Part shown: positions 1-34,030 of the stretch, piece by piece
How positions within the stretch are numbered: position 1 is the stretch's first letter
Layout of the letters: each line of letters begins with the position of its first letter
Assembly: GCA_951406725.2 (NCBI GenBank)
Contig: OX597814.1
Coordinates: 176,638,001 to 176,702,000, forward strand
Direction of reading: 5' to 3'
Origin: Octopus vulgaris
Lineage: Eukaryota
Length of the DNA: 64,000 nt
The notes under the pieces: generated by a model
What the model saw: only the letters and a program-made list of their open reading frames with translations
The model's database searches: none
What the model was told of the DNA's origin: nothing
Position numbers and translations under genes: made by a program

Positions 1-271
1 CCACTAAGTGACAGGGACGTAAACACACCAGCATCGGTTGTCAAGCAATGCTAGGGGGGACAAACAGACACAAACATACACACAAATACATATAAATATA
101 CATATATACGACGGGCTTCTTTCAGTTTCCGTCTACCAAATCCACCCACAAGGCATTGGTTGGCCCGGGGCTATAGCAGAAGACACTTGCCCAAGATGCC
201 ACGCAGTGGGACTGAACCTGGGACCATGTGGTTGGTAAGCAAGCTACTTGCCACACAGCCATTCCTGCGCC
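1..271 (-). mobile_element. tRNA-derived SINE, family A (head GGCG(C/T)AGGA(A/G)TGGCTGTGTGG, internal microsatellite), cut by window edge
   Basis: Reverse complement matches copies at 3717, 40700, 44917 and 55005; Pol III A/B-box-like head. Confidence 0.8.
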
Positions 272-349
272 TATTCAATAAACTTCATTAAAAAAATTCA
301 GATTAATTTGCAAATGTTTAATGATGAAAGATATAAAGATACATATTCA

Positions 350-752
350 GATGCACACATGCATACATTCAATCATGCATATACACATACATACATGCAT
401 GCATGCACACATTTATACATACATAAATGCACACATACATACATGCACACATACATGCATACATACATAGATATGCACACATATATATACATACAAATGT
501 TTAATGATGAAAGATAAAAATACATACACAGATGCACACATGCATACATTCAAACATGCATACACACATACATGCACACATACATAGGCATGCACACATA
601 TATACATACATAAATGCACACATACATACATGCATACATGCACACATACATACATGCATACATACATGTACACATACATACATGCATGAACATGTACATA
701 CATACATACATACATGCATGCATACAGATGCTTATACACATGCGCATGTGTA
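350..752. repeat. Degenerate (CATA)n/(CATG)n simple repeat with an internal duplication
   Basis: CATACATACATG-type runs; 'caaatgtttaatgatgaaagata' occurs at ~311 and ~494. Confidence 0.85.
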
Positions 753-759
753 TGCGGGT

Positions 760-1020
760 TGATGTAAGTGACTATCCCCCTCCCCCAAATTTCAGGCATT
801 GTGCCTATAATAGAAAGGATTATTATTATTATTATTATAAAGGCAGTGATCTGGCAGAGCTGTTAGCATGCCAGGCGAACAGTATTTCATCTGTCTTCAC
901 ATTCTGAGTTCAAATTCCACCAAGGTCAACTTTGCCTTTCATCCTCTTGGGGTTGATAAATAAATACCAGTTGAGAACTGAGGATTGATGTAACCAACTT
1001 ACCCCTTCCCCCAGGATTAT
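760..1020 (+). mobile_element. SINE family B (GGCGGCGAGCTGGCAGAA head) preceded by the tail of another copy
   Basis: 'gagttcaaattcc' B-box and 'tttgcctttcatcc...gataaataaataccag' core, shared with many copies in the window. Confidence 0.7.
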
Positions 1021-1135
1021 TATTGTTAGTAGCTGTAGTGGTGGCAGCAGTAGTAGTCATAGTATGTTTCATTTCCCATAAATAGTCACAGCCATTCTAG
1101 ACTGCAATTTTGTTAGTCTAGCAATAGCTTACATG

Positions 1136-3702
1136 TGTAGTGACGCTATACAGCGGCGCGCGTGCGGGTTGGTGCTTTCACCACCGGAAGTAGGACCATT
1201 TGCCTACGTGGCAGTTAGCCGAGGCAAGGGGATGGTAGAACGTTTGACCACTAGCAGCAGTCAGCAGCGACTTGAGACATGGCTATCGAAGGTACAACAC
1301 GTATATTCTCTCTGTCCCTTTATGATAGCAGTCGGCCGAAAGCTTTTTAACCAAATTGTTGCAGACTACATCATCTTCCTTTCTCCGGACGCCATCTTTG
1401 ACAAGTGTCGTTTTGCATTTGAACACTTTCTTATTTTACAGCGATAAGGTTCAGCTGAGACACATCTATACCAAAGGGATGCCAGATACACTAATTATCT
1501 GTTACCACATAAGAGAATAAAGTAGATATATATTATTTACGTCTGCGTCTTGTTGTTTCTGACTGGTAGAGAATCTGGATTTAAAAGCAACGGATAGTGA
1601 TTGCTTCTCGCACCCCCAAAAGGTCCAGAGAAGATATTCACACACATTTCGTTACACTGTAGACCCCCGACGTGATTCTGGTCTAAAACCAGAGATCACT
1701 TAACAACAAAGAAATCCAGTTTTTTCTGCTAAGTTGGAACACGATTAACTCTACGCAGTCATCTTCTTTCGATGATTTGTTTTCAGCAATAATGACGGAC
1801 GCCATCATATCATCGATGCTTTTTCTCTGCCTTCGTCATCATCATCATCGTCGTCTTAGAACTTCACGTCGTCGTTATCTTCGTCGCCATCACCACTAAG
1901 AACAATGTTGTCTCAAGTCCACTACAGTCGCTTTCCACCACCACCGTCGCCTTTTCAACACCGTCGACCAAGATGTACATAGCAACTCGCGGAACTTTAG
2001 CTTTCATGCTGTTTGTGCATGGCACACCAAGGAATTAACAGCCCAGCACTATCTGCGAGATTCTTCTGTTCCAGTTAACCTGTCACAGCATTGAAGCCAC
2101 AACCATTACACGATATGTGTCCAATCGGCATCTGCATTTGTGATCTCAACATTCTGTTACAGAACGAACTGCTATTGTGCATCAGGCTATTACAGACTGG
2201 TAAATTAACTCCATTGTCTGAGATAGCCCTGAGAGACCTTTTCTATGCGCTGTATTTTTATTTTTGCTCGCATTCACCTTGTATGTATTTCTGTCGCACA
2301 CACGTACACACACATAAATGCTATCTCTCACATACATATGTCACACATGCTTTTCTCGCTTGTTTTTTTCCATGCTAAATTTGCCTTTTGTGGACACACC
2401 TCATTTCTATAGACCCTAGGGGTCACGTATACATAGAGAGGGTTGTTTGTCCATTATAACGCGCCAGCATGTCATACTTTTGTTCCTGTACGAATGAGGC
2501 ATATAATCGCTCAACCACTGGCATATTCATTGCTGTTTTTTCGGTTTGGCAAGCCCTATTGCATTTCATGCGCCTTTGCTTCGCACGTGTATTGCCTTGT
2601 TTTTGCAACACGTTTGTGTTAGCTTAATTCTTTTCCCGACTCATAGTACGTCAGAAGTTCACATGCGCTGCGCCATGTATAGGCGTAATTTTTTTCCCTG
2701 TTAGACCCCTGTTGGTCACGTAATTAACAGAGAAAATTATCTGTGTCGCGCATCACACCAGCATGCTTGCACTGTCGCCTTTTGTGTTACTAGCGATCTA
2801 TCTGTCGATTTCATTTCCTCTCCTGCAGCAATTGATTTAACTGCTATTTCGCAGGATCAACTACCTTTAGAGAAGTTGGATTTAATTTCGCCTAGGTTCA
2901 TTAACTATGAGTTTTGCTTTCCTTCCGCTCCTTTTAGCGGAAGGCTCTATACTTTGTGACGTATCCACCTTCACGCATGCACTTTTGATTTTGCTCATTT
3001 TGAGTATTTTTTTCCCTTTTGGTAAATTTCTTGTGTATGTTGTAAATTTTGCCATTTTATTATATTGTGCGCTATTTGGTTATCTGGTATCCACCTTGAG
3101 TTTTATAGTCACTACAAGGAATTTTGTGTCGTGCTTCGCACTGGGGGGGAGCTCTGTATTGATGCTATACAGCGGCGCGCGCGCGCACCGTCCATTCCTG
3201 TTTCGCGCGTGCGGGTTGGTGCTTTCACCACCGGAAGTAGGACCATTTGCCTACGTGGCAGTTAGCCGAGGCAAGGGGATGGTAGAACGTTTGTCCACTA
3301 GCAGCAGTCAGCAGCGACTTGAGACATGGCTATCGAAGGTACAACACGTATATTCTCTCTGTCCCTTTATGATAGCAGTCGGCCGAAAGCTTTTTAACCA
3401 AATTGTTGCAGACTACATCATCTTCCTTTCTCCGGACGCCATCTTTGACAAGTGTCGTTTTGCATTTGAACACTTTCTTATTTTACAGCGATAAGGTTCA
3501 GCTGAGACACATCTATACCAAAGGGATGCCAGATACACCAATTATCTGTTACCACATAAGAGAATAAAGTAGATATATATTATTTACGTCTGCGTCTTGT
3601 TTTTTCTGACTGGTAGAGAATCTGGATTTAAAAGCAACGGATAGTGATTGCTTCTTGCACCCCCAAAAGGTCCAGAGAAGATATTTACATAAGTTCGTTA
3701 CA
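1136..3702 (+). mobile_element. Non-autonomous LTR retrotransposon (Gypsy-like), both LTRs present
   Basis: 5' LTR 1136-1656 and 3' LTR 3155-3702, both TGT...ACA and highly similar; 4-bp TSD CATG (1132-1135 and 3703-3706); PBS-like 'tgtagacccccgacgtgat' after the 5' LTR; G-rich PPT before the 3' LTR; no gag/pol ORF recognised inside. Confidence 0.9.
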
Positions 3703-3716
3703 CATGTAAATACAAC

Positions 3717-3879
3717 AGGCGTAGGAGTGGCTGTGTGGTAAGTAGCTTGCTTACTAACAACATGGTTCTGGGTTCACTCCCACTACGTGGCACATTGGGC
3801 AGGTGTCTTCTACTATAGCCAAGGGCCGACCAAAGCCTTGTGAGTGGATTTGGTAGACGGAAACTGAAAGAATCCCATC

Positions 3880-3916
<37 letters not shown>

Positions 3917-4375
3917 CATCATCATCATCATCGTTTAACGTCCGCTCTCCATGCTAGCATGGGTTGGACGGTTCAACTGGGGTCTGGGAAGCCAGAAGGT
4001 TGCACCAGGCCCAGTCTGATCTGGCAGTGTTTCTACAGCTGGATGCCCTTCCTAACGCCAACCACTCCATGAGTGTAGTGGGTGCTTTTTACATACATAC
4101 ATATATATATATATATATGTATGTATGTATGTATGTGTGTGTGTGTGTGTGTGTGTATGTTTGTGTGTCTGTGTTTGTCCCCTCCAACATCACTTGACAA
4201 CCGATGCTGGTGTGTTTACATCCCCGTAACTTAGCAGTTCGGCAAAAGAGACCGATAGAATAAGTACTAGGCTTACAAAGAATAAGTCCTGCGGGGTTGA
4301 TTTGCTCGAATAAAGGCAGTGCTCCAGCATGGCCACAGTCAAATGACTGAAACAAGTAAAAAGTAAAAAAGTAAA
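3717..4375 (+). mobile_element. Full-length SINE family A with an RTE 3' tail (3913-4090, minus) inserted in its internal microsatellite
   Basis: Head, (TA)n, inverted RTE tail, (TG)n, then tail ending 'gaaacaagtaaaaagtaaaaaagt'. Confidence 0.85.
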
Positions 4376-4461
4376 GATATATTCCCCAAATATTAGAGTT
4401 CATACAGAGTAGTCCTATTGAAAGACAATACTAAATTGGTGCTTATGTGGAAGACTATTAC

Positions 4462-25960
<21,499 letters not shown>

Positions 25961-26200
25961 TTTCTTTGTTTTTTTATTTAAAAAAAATTACTCAAACGTG
26001 TAACTATGAAAGCACTCGAGGGTAAAAAAATAGCGGGGCCGGAAGAGAACAATGCCAATACGTAGCTGTGACTTGTATTATATTAATGCAGGGGTAGATG
26101 TGACTTTCTGTGCGTGCAAGTGTTTACGAGTAAAAGTATTTGTATATATAAATATATTAGTTATCAGTGAGGGTTTAGGAAGGCAACAGTAATATACACG
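25961..26200 (-). promoter_or_regulatory. Probable 5' UTR/promoter of the QRICH2-like gene
   Basis: Unique, relatively CpG-retaining sequence immediately upstream of the ATG; positional inference only. Confidence 0.35.
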
Positions 26201-26989
26201 ATATATTTCTAACAACTAACCCTAACCACTATGATATTAGCACAACATAATCAATAATGATTACACTACGTTTCATGTCTTTTATATCTCCCACTACTCT
26301 TTTGTATCCTGGGGACAAAAAGAAGAAACGTTGTTTCGTTGTTGTTGCTGCTAATCCCGTGAGCAGCTGCGGTTGGTATACCCAAGTCTATCGGTGTCTT
26401 GTATTTACGGTTGATGTAGATGGTCACTGGTCGTGATGGTATTTTACATTCGTAATGTTATCTCCTTTAGTTATACTCTGCATTTACAACATATGTCTGT
26501 ATGTTTGTGCGGTATGCGTGTGTGCCATTCGTGTATAACTTTATTGACAGTGACTTAAAAGTGTTGTCGGTAATTGCGTGTGATATATATTTTAGACACA
26601 ACGAAAAACATAAATCGTTAAACCGATTTTGCCGAAAATTGGACGATTGGGTACAGCTGTTCACTGCCAAAACCTGCACCGACACCGACGAGGAACTTAC
26701 AGAGATTTTTTTCAGATGGTCCGATCACTGAAGTGGGGGAAGGGAAGGACAATTTAGTTAACACGAAAACATTTCAGGTAGTGGAGTTGAAAAAGAATAA
26801 GGGGTGGGGGAATTAGAAATTACACAATCACGTGTCTAAAAGAGACGTTGATGATGTGATGTTGATACGGTGTAATAATGTAAATGACGTATGTGAATAT
26901 TCTTCACTACAGCAGCAGCAGCAACAGCAGTAGTAGTCATAATTCATTTTGTCCATTTATATAGAAGTAGAAAATTATATTGAAGTAAA

Positions 26990-27400
26990 AAGGTGGCGAG
27001 CTGGCAGAATCGTTAGCACGCCGGATAAAATGCTTATCGGCATTTCGTCCATCCTTACGTTCTCAGTACAAATTCTACCGAAGTTGACTTTTCCTTTCAT
27101 CCTTTCGGGGTCGATGAAATAAGTACCAGATACGCATTGGAGTCGATAAGGCCTTGTACCTATAGTAGAAAGGATAATTATTAAGGCGGCGAGATAGTAG
27201 AATCGTCTGCATGCCGGACAAAAGACTCGGCGGCATTTCGTCCGGCTTTACGCTCTGAGTTCAAATACCTCCGAGATCAACTTTGTCTTCCATCCTTTCG
27301 GGATCGATAAATTAAGTACCACTCAAGCACTGGAATTGATGTAATCGTCTTCCTCCCTCTCTTCAAATTGATGGCCTTGTGCCAAAATATGAAAGAATAG
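26990..27400 (+). mobile_element. Two tandem family B SINEs
   Basis: Heads at ~26992 and ~27185. Confidence 0.75.
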
Positions 27401-27675
27401 GTATCATTTTTACAAGGGGAAATAACTTACGGAGACCTCGAGAGTGGCTTCCCCATGATCTTAAGAAGTTAGTACAGGTTAGTTGCTCAGTGGGTAATTT
27501 ATGCTGCCGAGTTCGAATTCAAGTTTCAGATGAGTGTCAAAATATATCTTTATATATTAAAGAGAAGTTGTGTGTCTGTCTCCTACGATATAGATTCCTA
27601 ACTACTCCCAGATTCTCTGTGGTTAATTTATGCTGCCGAGTTCGAATTCAAGTTTCAGATGAGTGTCAAAATATA

Positions 27676-28065
27676 TCTTTATATATAAAAGAGAAGTTGT
27701 GTGTCTGTCTCCTACGATTTAGATTCCTAATTACTCCCACATTTTGCGGTGCAGTGTAACCAAAAGCGGGTATCTTATAGTCGTGATTCATATCGAGCCC
27801 TTCTGGGTATTAGCGCGCGTCTACGATGAGTCAACGATTTAAAAAATAATTTACCATCATTTTTTCCATTTTAATGCATTTTTTTTGCTAAGGGAAGTAA
27901 CTCTCTAAAAATGTCTACGATGAGTCAACGATTTAAAAAAAATTTACCATAATTTTTTTTCCATTTTTAATGCATTTTTTTGCTATTTTTTGGCTATAAC
28001 TCTCTAAAAATGCTTATATAGTTATTTCCCTTACAAACCCGAGCAACGCCGGGCGATACTGCTAG
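27676..28065 (+). mobile_element. Non-autonomous Helitron (variant internal sequence)
   Basis: A|TC start, subterminal hairpin cccgagcaacgccggg, CTAG|T end. Confidence 0.85.
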
Positions 28066-28468
28066 TATAAAATAAATTAAAAAAGGTAATATATCAATCA
28101 TGATAATGTCGACGACGACGTTGATGACACATGATCACTGATGTTACTTGAAGTCACTGGATGTGTTGAGTATTTCAATAACTTCAACCATTGGAAAACC
28201 TCATCCACCAAATAACCGAGCTTGTGTTAATCAACTTTGACGTGTATTCTGATAATATTTCGCTATACACAGATTCCTTCTCTTGATCTACATCCATCTA
28301 GAGCTTGAGGCTAAAAACTTCCTTGAATTTTTTTCCAGCAAGCTGAGCTGAAGACATAGATGTCATTTGGGTATTGAGAAACAACATACTGTTGTATACG
28401 AAAATAAATGCGTTGTTTTTTTTTTTTTGTTTTTTTTCATATACTTTGTGTGTATGACACATAGTATA

Positions 28469-28842
28469 TCTTTATATATAAAGCTGAAGTTGTCTGTGTG
28501 GCAGGTTTGGTAGCCTTCAACTAAGACTATCTCCTCCGAGACCCTGCAGCGCAAGTTGACCAAAATTGAAAGTATGATAGAAGGTTTGCCCTTCATTCCG
28601 TAGAAGATAAAATTCAAATCGGACTATGTTAAGACCAAAAATTATTTACATCAAAAAGGTGCTTTTTTCTATGAAAATCCCTATTTTTTGACTGCTGTGT
28701 CGCCATTTTCCGGTGTATTTCAACCAGAAAAATGTTCACTTGAAGAGAATAACAAGCTACATAATGCAAACTTTTTTTTTCAAAAATTTCAATTCTAAAA
28801 ATGGTCGAAACAAACCCAAGCAACGCCGGGCGATACTGCTAG
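28469..28842 (+). mobile_element. Non-autonomous Helitron
   Basis: A|TC...hairpin...CTAG|T, no TSD. Confidence 0.85.
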
Positions 28843-28986
28843 TTTTAAAAATAAAAGCATTAAATTCTGGTGTTAATGTTGATGCTAAAGAAATTCGAAA
28901 AAACATGCATCTGTGAGTAACTCAGAAAGCAGACGATAATTTTAAAGTCTTCACAATAACCTAACCATAGACAGCTTTAGAATAAA

Positions 28987-29361
28987 CTAGCAGTATCGCC
29001 CGGCGTTGCTCGGGTTTGTTTCGACTCTTTATAATTGGAATTTTTTGAAAAGTAAAAATTTTGCATTATGTAGCTTGTTATTCTCTTTAAGTGAATATTT
29101 TTCTGGTTGAAATACACCGAAAAATGGCGACACAGCAGTAAAAAAATCGTAAAAAATTGGGATTTTCATTGAAAAAAGCACCTTTTTGATGTAAATAATT
29201 TTTGGTGTTAACATGATCCGATTTGAATTTTATCTTCTAAGGAATGAAGACCAAGCCTTCTATCATACTCTCAATTTTGGTCAACTTGCGCCGCAGGGTC
29301 TCGGAGGAGATAGTCTTAGTTGAAGGCTACACACAGACAACTTCAGCTTTATATATATAGA
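28987..29361 (-). mobile_element. Non-autonomous Helitron, inverted relative to 28469-28842
   Basis: Reverse complement of the neighbouring copy with the same termini. Confidence 0.85.
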
Positions 29362-30915
29362 TTTGTATATGTATCTGTTAAATTCAATATCCAAAAATAG
29401 GAAAATACGGAGATCTGTTGGTCTAGAAGGAAGACTCTATCGAACAAATGACCCTTTAATGTAGCATTTCAAGAGAAACATTTCAAGATAGAACCAGTAG
29501 CGTAGCATGGATTTTGGCAGTCTTGTAAGGTAACTAAATTGGTTACCTCGCTTTCTTAAATATAACAGCAAACACGTATATAAAATGGCCATCCTCTGCG
29601 GTCCGCTCTAAGGAGACCCCCAACCCTTGACCCCGTTCCCCCAGAACGTAGGAAGTTCTGCGAGAAATAGCAATAAATAGGGTAATTATGCAATTAGATT
29701 TTTAGTAATTTTTTAAAGTTTAATTCTCGTATATCCGTAATTTTATCATACATGCACTACATATTCCCCACAAATAGGAAAATACGGGCATCTGTTGGTC
29801 TAGTAAGAAGACTCTACAGGAACAAATGACCCTTTAATGAGCATTTTTTTTAAACTGGAAAATTGGATGATAAACAAGATCTTGGTTTAGCGTACGTAAG
29901 ACGTTAGAAGACAATAGCACGACCAGCTTCTAACCACAATTAACCCTTTCGTTACTGTATTTATTTTGAGATGCTCTGTGTTTCTTTCAATTACTTTAAA
30001 TATAACAAAGAGTTTAGTAAAATAACTTAGTTATCATTCAGCTAGTGTTAGGAACATAAATTGTGGCTAAGGTTTGATGGAAGATTTTAATTCAAAACTT
30101 ATGAAAACAACAATTGGCGTACGTAAGACGTTAGAAGACAGTAGCACGACCAGACTCTAACCACAATTAAGGAACGGTGACAGCATCACAAGAATCCGAT
30201 AACATTTTGACGGTTGCTACAATCACACCAGTCCAAGAGCAATTATCTCCAAATTCTATTGGTGTCTTTTGTAGTAACGACATTGTTTGTTTACGAAAAG
30301 AATAAATATCTTGTTTATCAAAATGTCAAGCAGTTATCAGTGTTCTTCGTAACACGTAGCGACCTTGAAGAAAGAATGTGATGCGGCCTAGAAACAACTT
30401 GCCGATCATTCCGTCCTTACGACATTATGCAGCTCCGCAAATTGAAAAGCACCACCTTCACAGAAACAACACTGAAAATTCTCTCTCTGGGTGACTTTTC
30501 GCAGCCGTTGTAGCCTTGTTACGCCGCTTCCATCTCTGACGTCGATACACTTCGCTTTTTTTTCTCAGCATATCAAACGTTTTCAGCGACACCGTCGAGA
30601 TGCCAGTACGCTACCTGCAACATCATCGATACTAACCAACATACTCAGTAATTTCCTAATCGTCATGTTGTTTTCCGTCAGCATCGAATGCCTGAAATTG
30701 GATCATCTTGAGTCTCTAACAATATCAACCTCATAATATCGGTACATTCTCCCACTGATGTTTCCATCCGCTCAAGAAGGAAATAAATCAACACGTGTTT
30801 TATCCAATGCAATACGAAAAAAAGCTGTTTTCTTCATCAAGGTTACTTTTTTCTACTGCTTTCCCAATCTCTTGTTTTGATACATACATACATATTTATT
30901 TGTTTTATCTCCCTG

Positions 30916-30956
30916 TTTATTTCTGTCGAAGAGTGTAGGCTCGAAACGTAAAAGAC
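30916..30956 (+). ncRNA. Degenerate minimal hammerhead ribozyme motif in a Penelope-like repeat end (~30880-31045)
   Basis: ttt-CTGTCGA-A-GAGT gtag GCTC-GAAACGTA-aaag; core deviates from CUGANGA. Confidence 0.45.
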
Positions 30957-31049
30957 TTTCTCACTTCCCTAGTGTTCAACTAATACATCTGTTTGTTGTT
31001 TACATACCCGTCTTCGTTTTTTTTTTTTTTTTGTAAATTCTCACTACGG

Positions 31050-31400
31050 TCACTGACACACATCGCAAGCGAGTGGTTGAATTATTTTGCATGAATAGAC
31101 GAGTCACAATCCGTGAGTTTGCTTTGTGACTGGACTGTGATCACAATGCATAACAAAAGAGTAGTTACTGGGTATCGGAAAGTGTTCCTTAACCGTCGAT
31201 ACTCGATTTAAAAGAGAAGGGTGGAAGTCTGTTCTGATCTGCAGGAAACGATTGAAGTCAACAAAGACACATTTTTTTTTTTTTACCAAATTGGAGTTCT
31301 TGATATATATTAAAATGGAATGCCATGATTACAAACCTTTGATTATAAATCTGTTGGATTAGGGTTGATTTGGACCTAAACTACAACTACTGCTGAGAAA
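31050..31400 (+). mobile_element. Decayed mariner transposase fragment
   Basis: MNRRVTIREFA, GYRKV and RRVEVCSDLQ remnants. Confidence 0.65.
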
Positions 31401-31577
31401 GAATCAAGAATTAGAGAAGTGAGTTTTTAAGTTTCAATTTGCAATTGAAGCTAATTTACTATACTTGTATCATTAATGTCATTGAGAAAAGGTATGAAAC
31501 ATCTATCTCATTCACTTCTATTGTAAATATGTGGACTTGTGTTCAAGTTAAAAAAAAAAAAAAAGAAAATCAACACA

Positions 31578-31940
31578 TCCATGGCTGTGGTAAGAAGGTT
31601 ACCAACCATATGGTTCTGGGTTCAGTCCCACTGTGTGGAAACTTGGGTGTTTTTTTACTATAGCCACAGGCTGACCGAAGCCTTGGGAACGGATTTGGTA
31701 GACGGAAACTGAAACAAGTTCACTGTGTGTGTGTGTTTGTCCCTTACCACCGCTTGTTAACTGGCGTTGGTATATTTACGTCGCTGTGACTTAGTGGCTC
31801 CACAAAAAGAAACCGATAGAATAAGTATCGGCCTTTAAAAAGAAATAAGTACTGGAGTAGATTCATTCGACTGAAAGATTCTTTTAGATGGTACCCCAGC
31901 ATAGCTGCAGTCTAATGACTGAAACAAATAAAATAAAAGA
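31578..31940 (+). mobile_element. SINE family A (diverged)
   Basis: Head, (TG)n and tail recognisable. Confidence 0.75.
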
Positions 31941-32674
31941 TCAAAAATATATTTACAGATGTGTTTTAACAATTCTGGTGGAATGAAATGGGGCACTTCT
32001 CTGAGGACTGTGTCACCGTTACAACACTCAAAGGAGATAATTATTTGAATAGATTAACGAAACTATAATATCTATAACTCTAAAGTGCTCATATTTGAAT
32101 TAAAATTTTAATCAAAATCTCATCATAAGACAAATGAGAGGTGAAATTTCAATCAGTGAATATCAGCCAAATGCATACCAATTTATAAAGTTATATTTTT
32201 CTGAGCCTGACCCAAATCTTGATTATATCAAAATTTAATTGAAATATGGGCAGTTTTCTCATCAGAAATATACCCATGAAAGAGTTATCAATCACAATAG
32301 AACTTATAATGGATAACTATTCAAATAAGTTTAAACTATTGGGCAGGAGACAATTTAGTATGAGTTTAGATAATTGTCCTGGTAGTTTTGTATCAGGTGA
32401 TAAGAGGTTATAGTATGATAGATGGACAGAAACCGGGAGTCTAGCTGATTGTTCAATTTGTACATGTTGGTAGATTAACTCTTTTGTTAAACCAAAGTAC
32501 TACTCGGCTACTCTTAATCACAAGTGATGCATTCACACCGTTGTTGAATCCAACTCTCAAATCCTCTTTAGAAACATCCATGTGTGAATCATTGTGCTCA
32601 CTTCTTGATAACCAATTTCATGAAGATGTGTGGTTTACTGGTTATGGTATTTTGCTCATGATAGTAAGGTCGTA

Positions 32675-33350
32675 AAAGGCAGCGAGCTGGCAGAATGGTT
32701 AGCACACAGGGCGAAATGCGTAGCTGTATTTCATCTGCCGTTACGTTCTGAGTTCAACTTTGCCTTTCATTCTTTTGGGGTCGATAAATTAAGTACCAGT
32801 TACACACTGGGGTCGATGTAATCGACTTAATACCTTTGTCTGTCCTCTCTATGTTTAGCCCCTTGTGGGTAGTAAAAGAATCATTAGCACACCTGGCGAA
32901 ATGCGTAGCCGTATTTCGTCTGCCGTTATGTTCTGAGTTCAAAAGCCGCCAAGGTCGACTTTGCCTTTCATTCTTTCAGGGTTGATAAATTAAGTACCAG
33001 TTACGCACTGGGGTCGATGTAATCAACTTAATCTGTTTGTCTGTCTCCTCTATGTTTAGCCCCCTGTGGGTAATAAAGAAACAGATAGTAAGGTCGTGAA
33101 TTTGATTTCCATAAGCATGTTGTGTCCTTGAACAAGGCACTTTACTTCATGTTGCTCCAATCAACTCAGCTGGCAAAAATGAGTTGTAACTTGTAATTCA
33201 AAGGGCCAGTCTTGTCACATTGTTATGCTGAATCTCCAAGCACTATGTTAAAGACATGCGTGTCCATGTAGTACTCAACCACTTTTACAAGCAGATTGTT
33301 CTGTTGATCAAATCAACTGGAACACTCGTCTTAACTGGTGGAGTGCCAGT
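32675..33350 (+). mobile_element. Tandem family B SINEs inserted in a family D/C-like SINE
   Basis: 'gatagtaaggtcgt' occurs on both sides (~32660 and ~33083). Confidence 0.7.
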
Positions 33351-34030
33351 TTACAACCAATTCCACCATGTCTGTATCGGCAAAATCATTCTCCCCAAAA
33401 GCTGCTTTTCATTGACCCAAACAGGCAGAAATCAGTGGGGATCAAATCCAGGTTGTATGCTGGACAGGAAACCTTTGATGACTCCTTTTTGCCAATTGCC
33501 TGATTTGTTATTAAATATCTGTGGTCATGCATTAACTTGGTGAATGTGGACAGTTTTTGGATTCTTGTTCAGTGTCTTCTCTTAAGCTTTTTTGAATGTC
33601 TCACTAAACTGCTCACTTTTCATGCTACAGCCACATTCTAGGAAATCAAGAATAGCACCCTTGTCATGCTAAAAAACAGTCCTCAATGACATTTTGTGCC
33701 AATTGCTGGCTCTCGAACTTCCAAGGCCTTATATAAGATATCTGATGCCATTCCATGCACCAAGCCTTCATTTCTGGATCATATATGCCTGTTATAGTCC
33801 CTATCACCAGATTGGAAAAATATATCATTAGCTTCAAGTTTCCAACAAATCAGAGCAGACTTCTACTCTTTCAAATTGAGTGTCAACTGCTGAGGTAGTC
33901 ATTTTCCTATATCCAAAATCTCCCACTATATCCCGTAATGCATGGATTCTGACTTATCAGTCCACACTAATCACTTCATTCATCCACCGTGTCAATGGAT
34001 GCAGCTGATGGTCCTACTGCACAGCTTCTT
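33350..34030 (-). mobile_element. Decayed mariner transposase
   Basis: Minus-strand IYDPEMK (cf. YDPETK) and PAYNLDLIPTDF (cf. PPYSPDLAPSDF). Confidence 0.65.

Noticed and set aside
248-907. Overlapping His/Thr/Tyr- and Val/Cys/Met-rich ORFs
   Set aside because: Translations of the (CATA)n simple repeat.
2907-3494. 195-aa hydrophobic ORF (and 1133-1447) as env-like or host gene
   Set aside because: Mostly reads through LTR sequence; no recognisable domain.
30300-30790. CpG-rich unique segment as gene or promoter
   Set aside because: No long open frame with a recognisable motif and no convincing splice pair; possibly an old transposon relic, unassignable.
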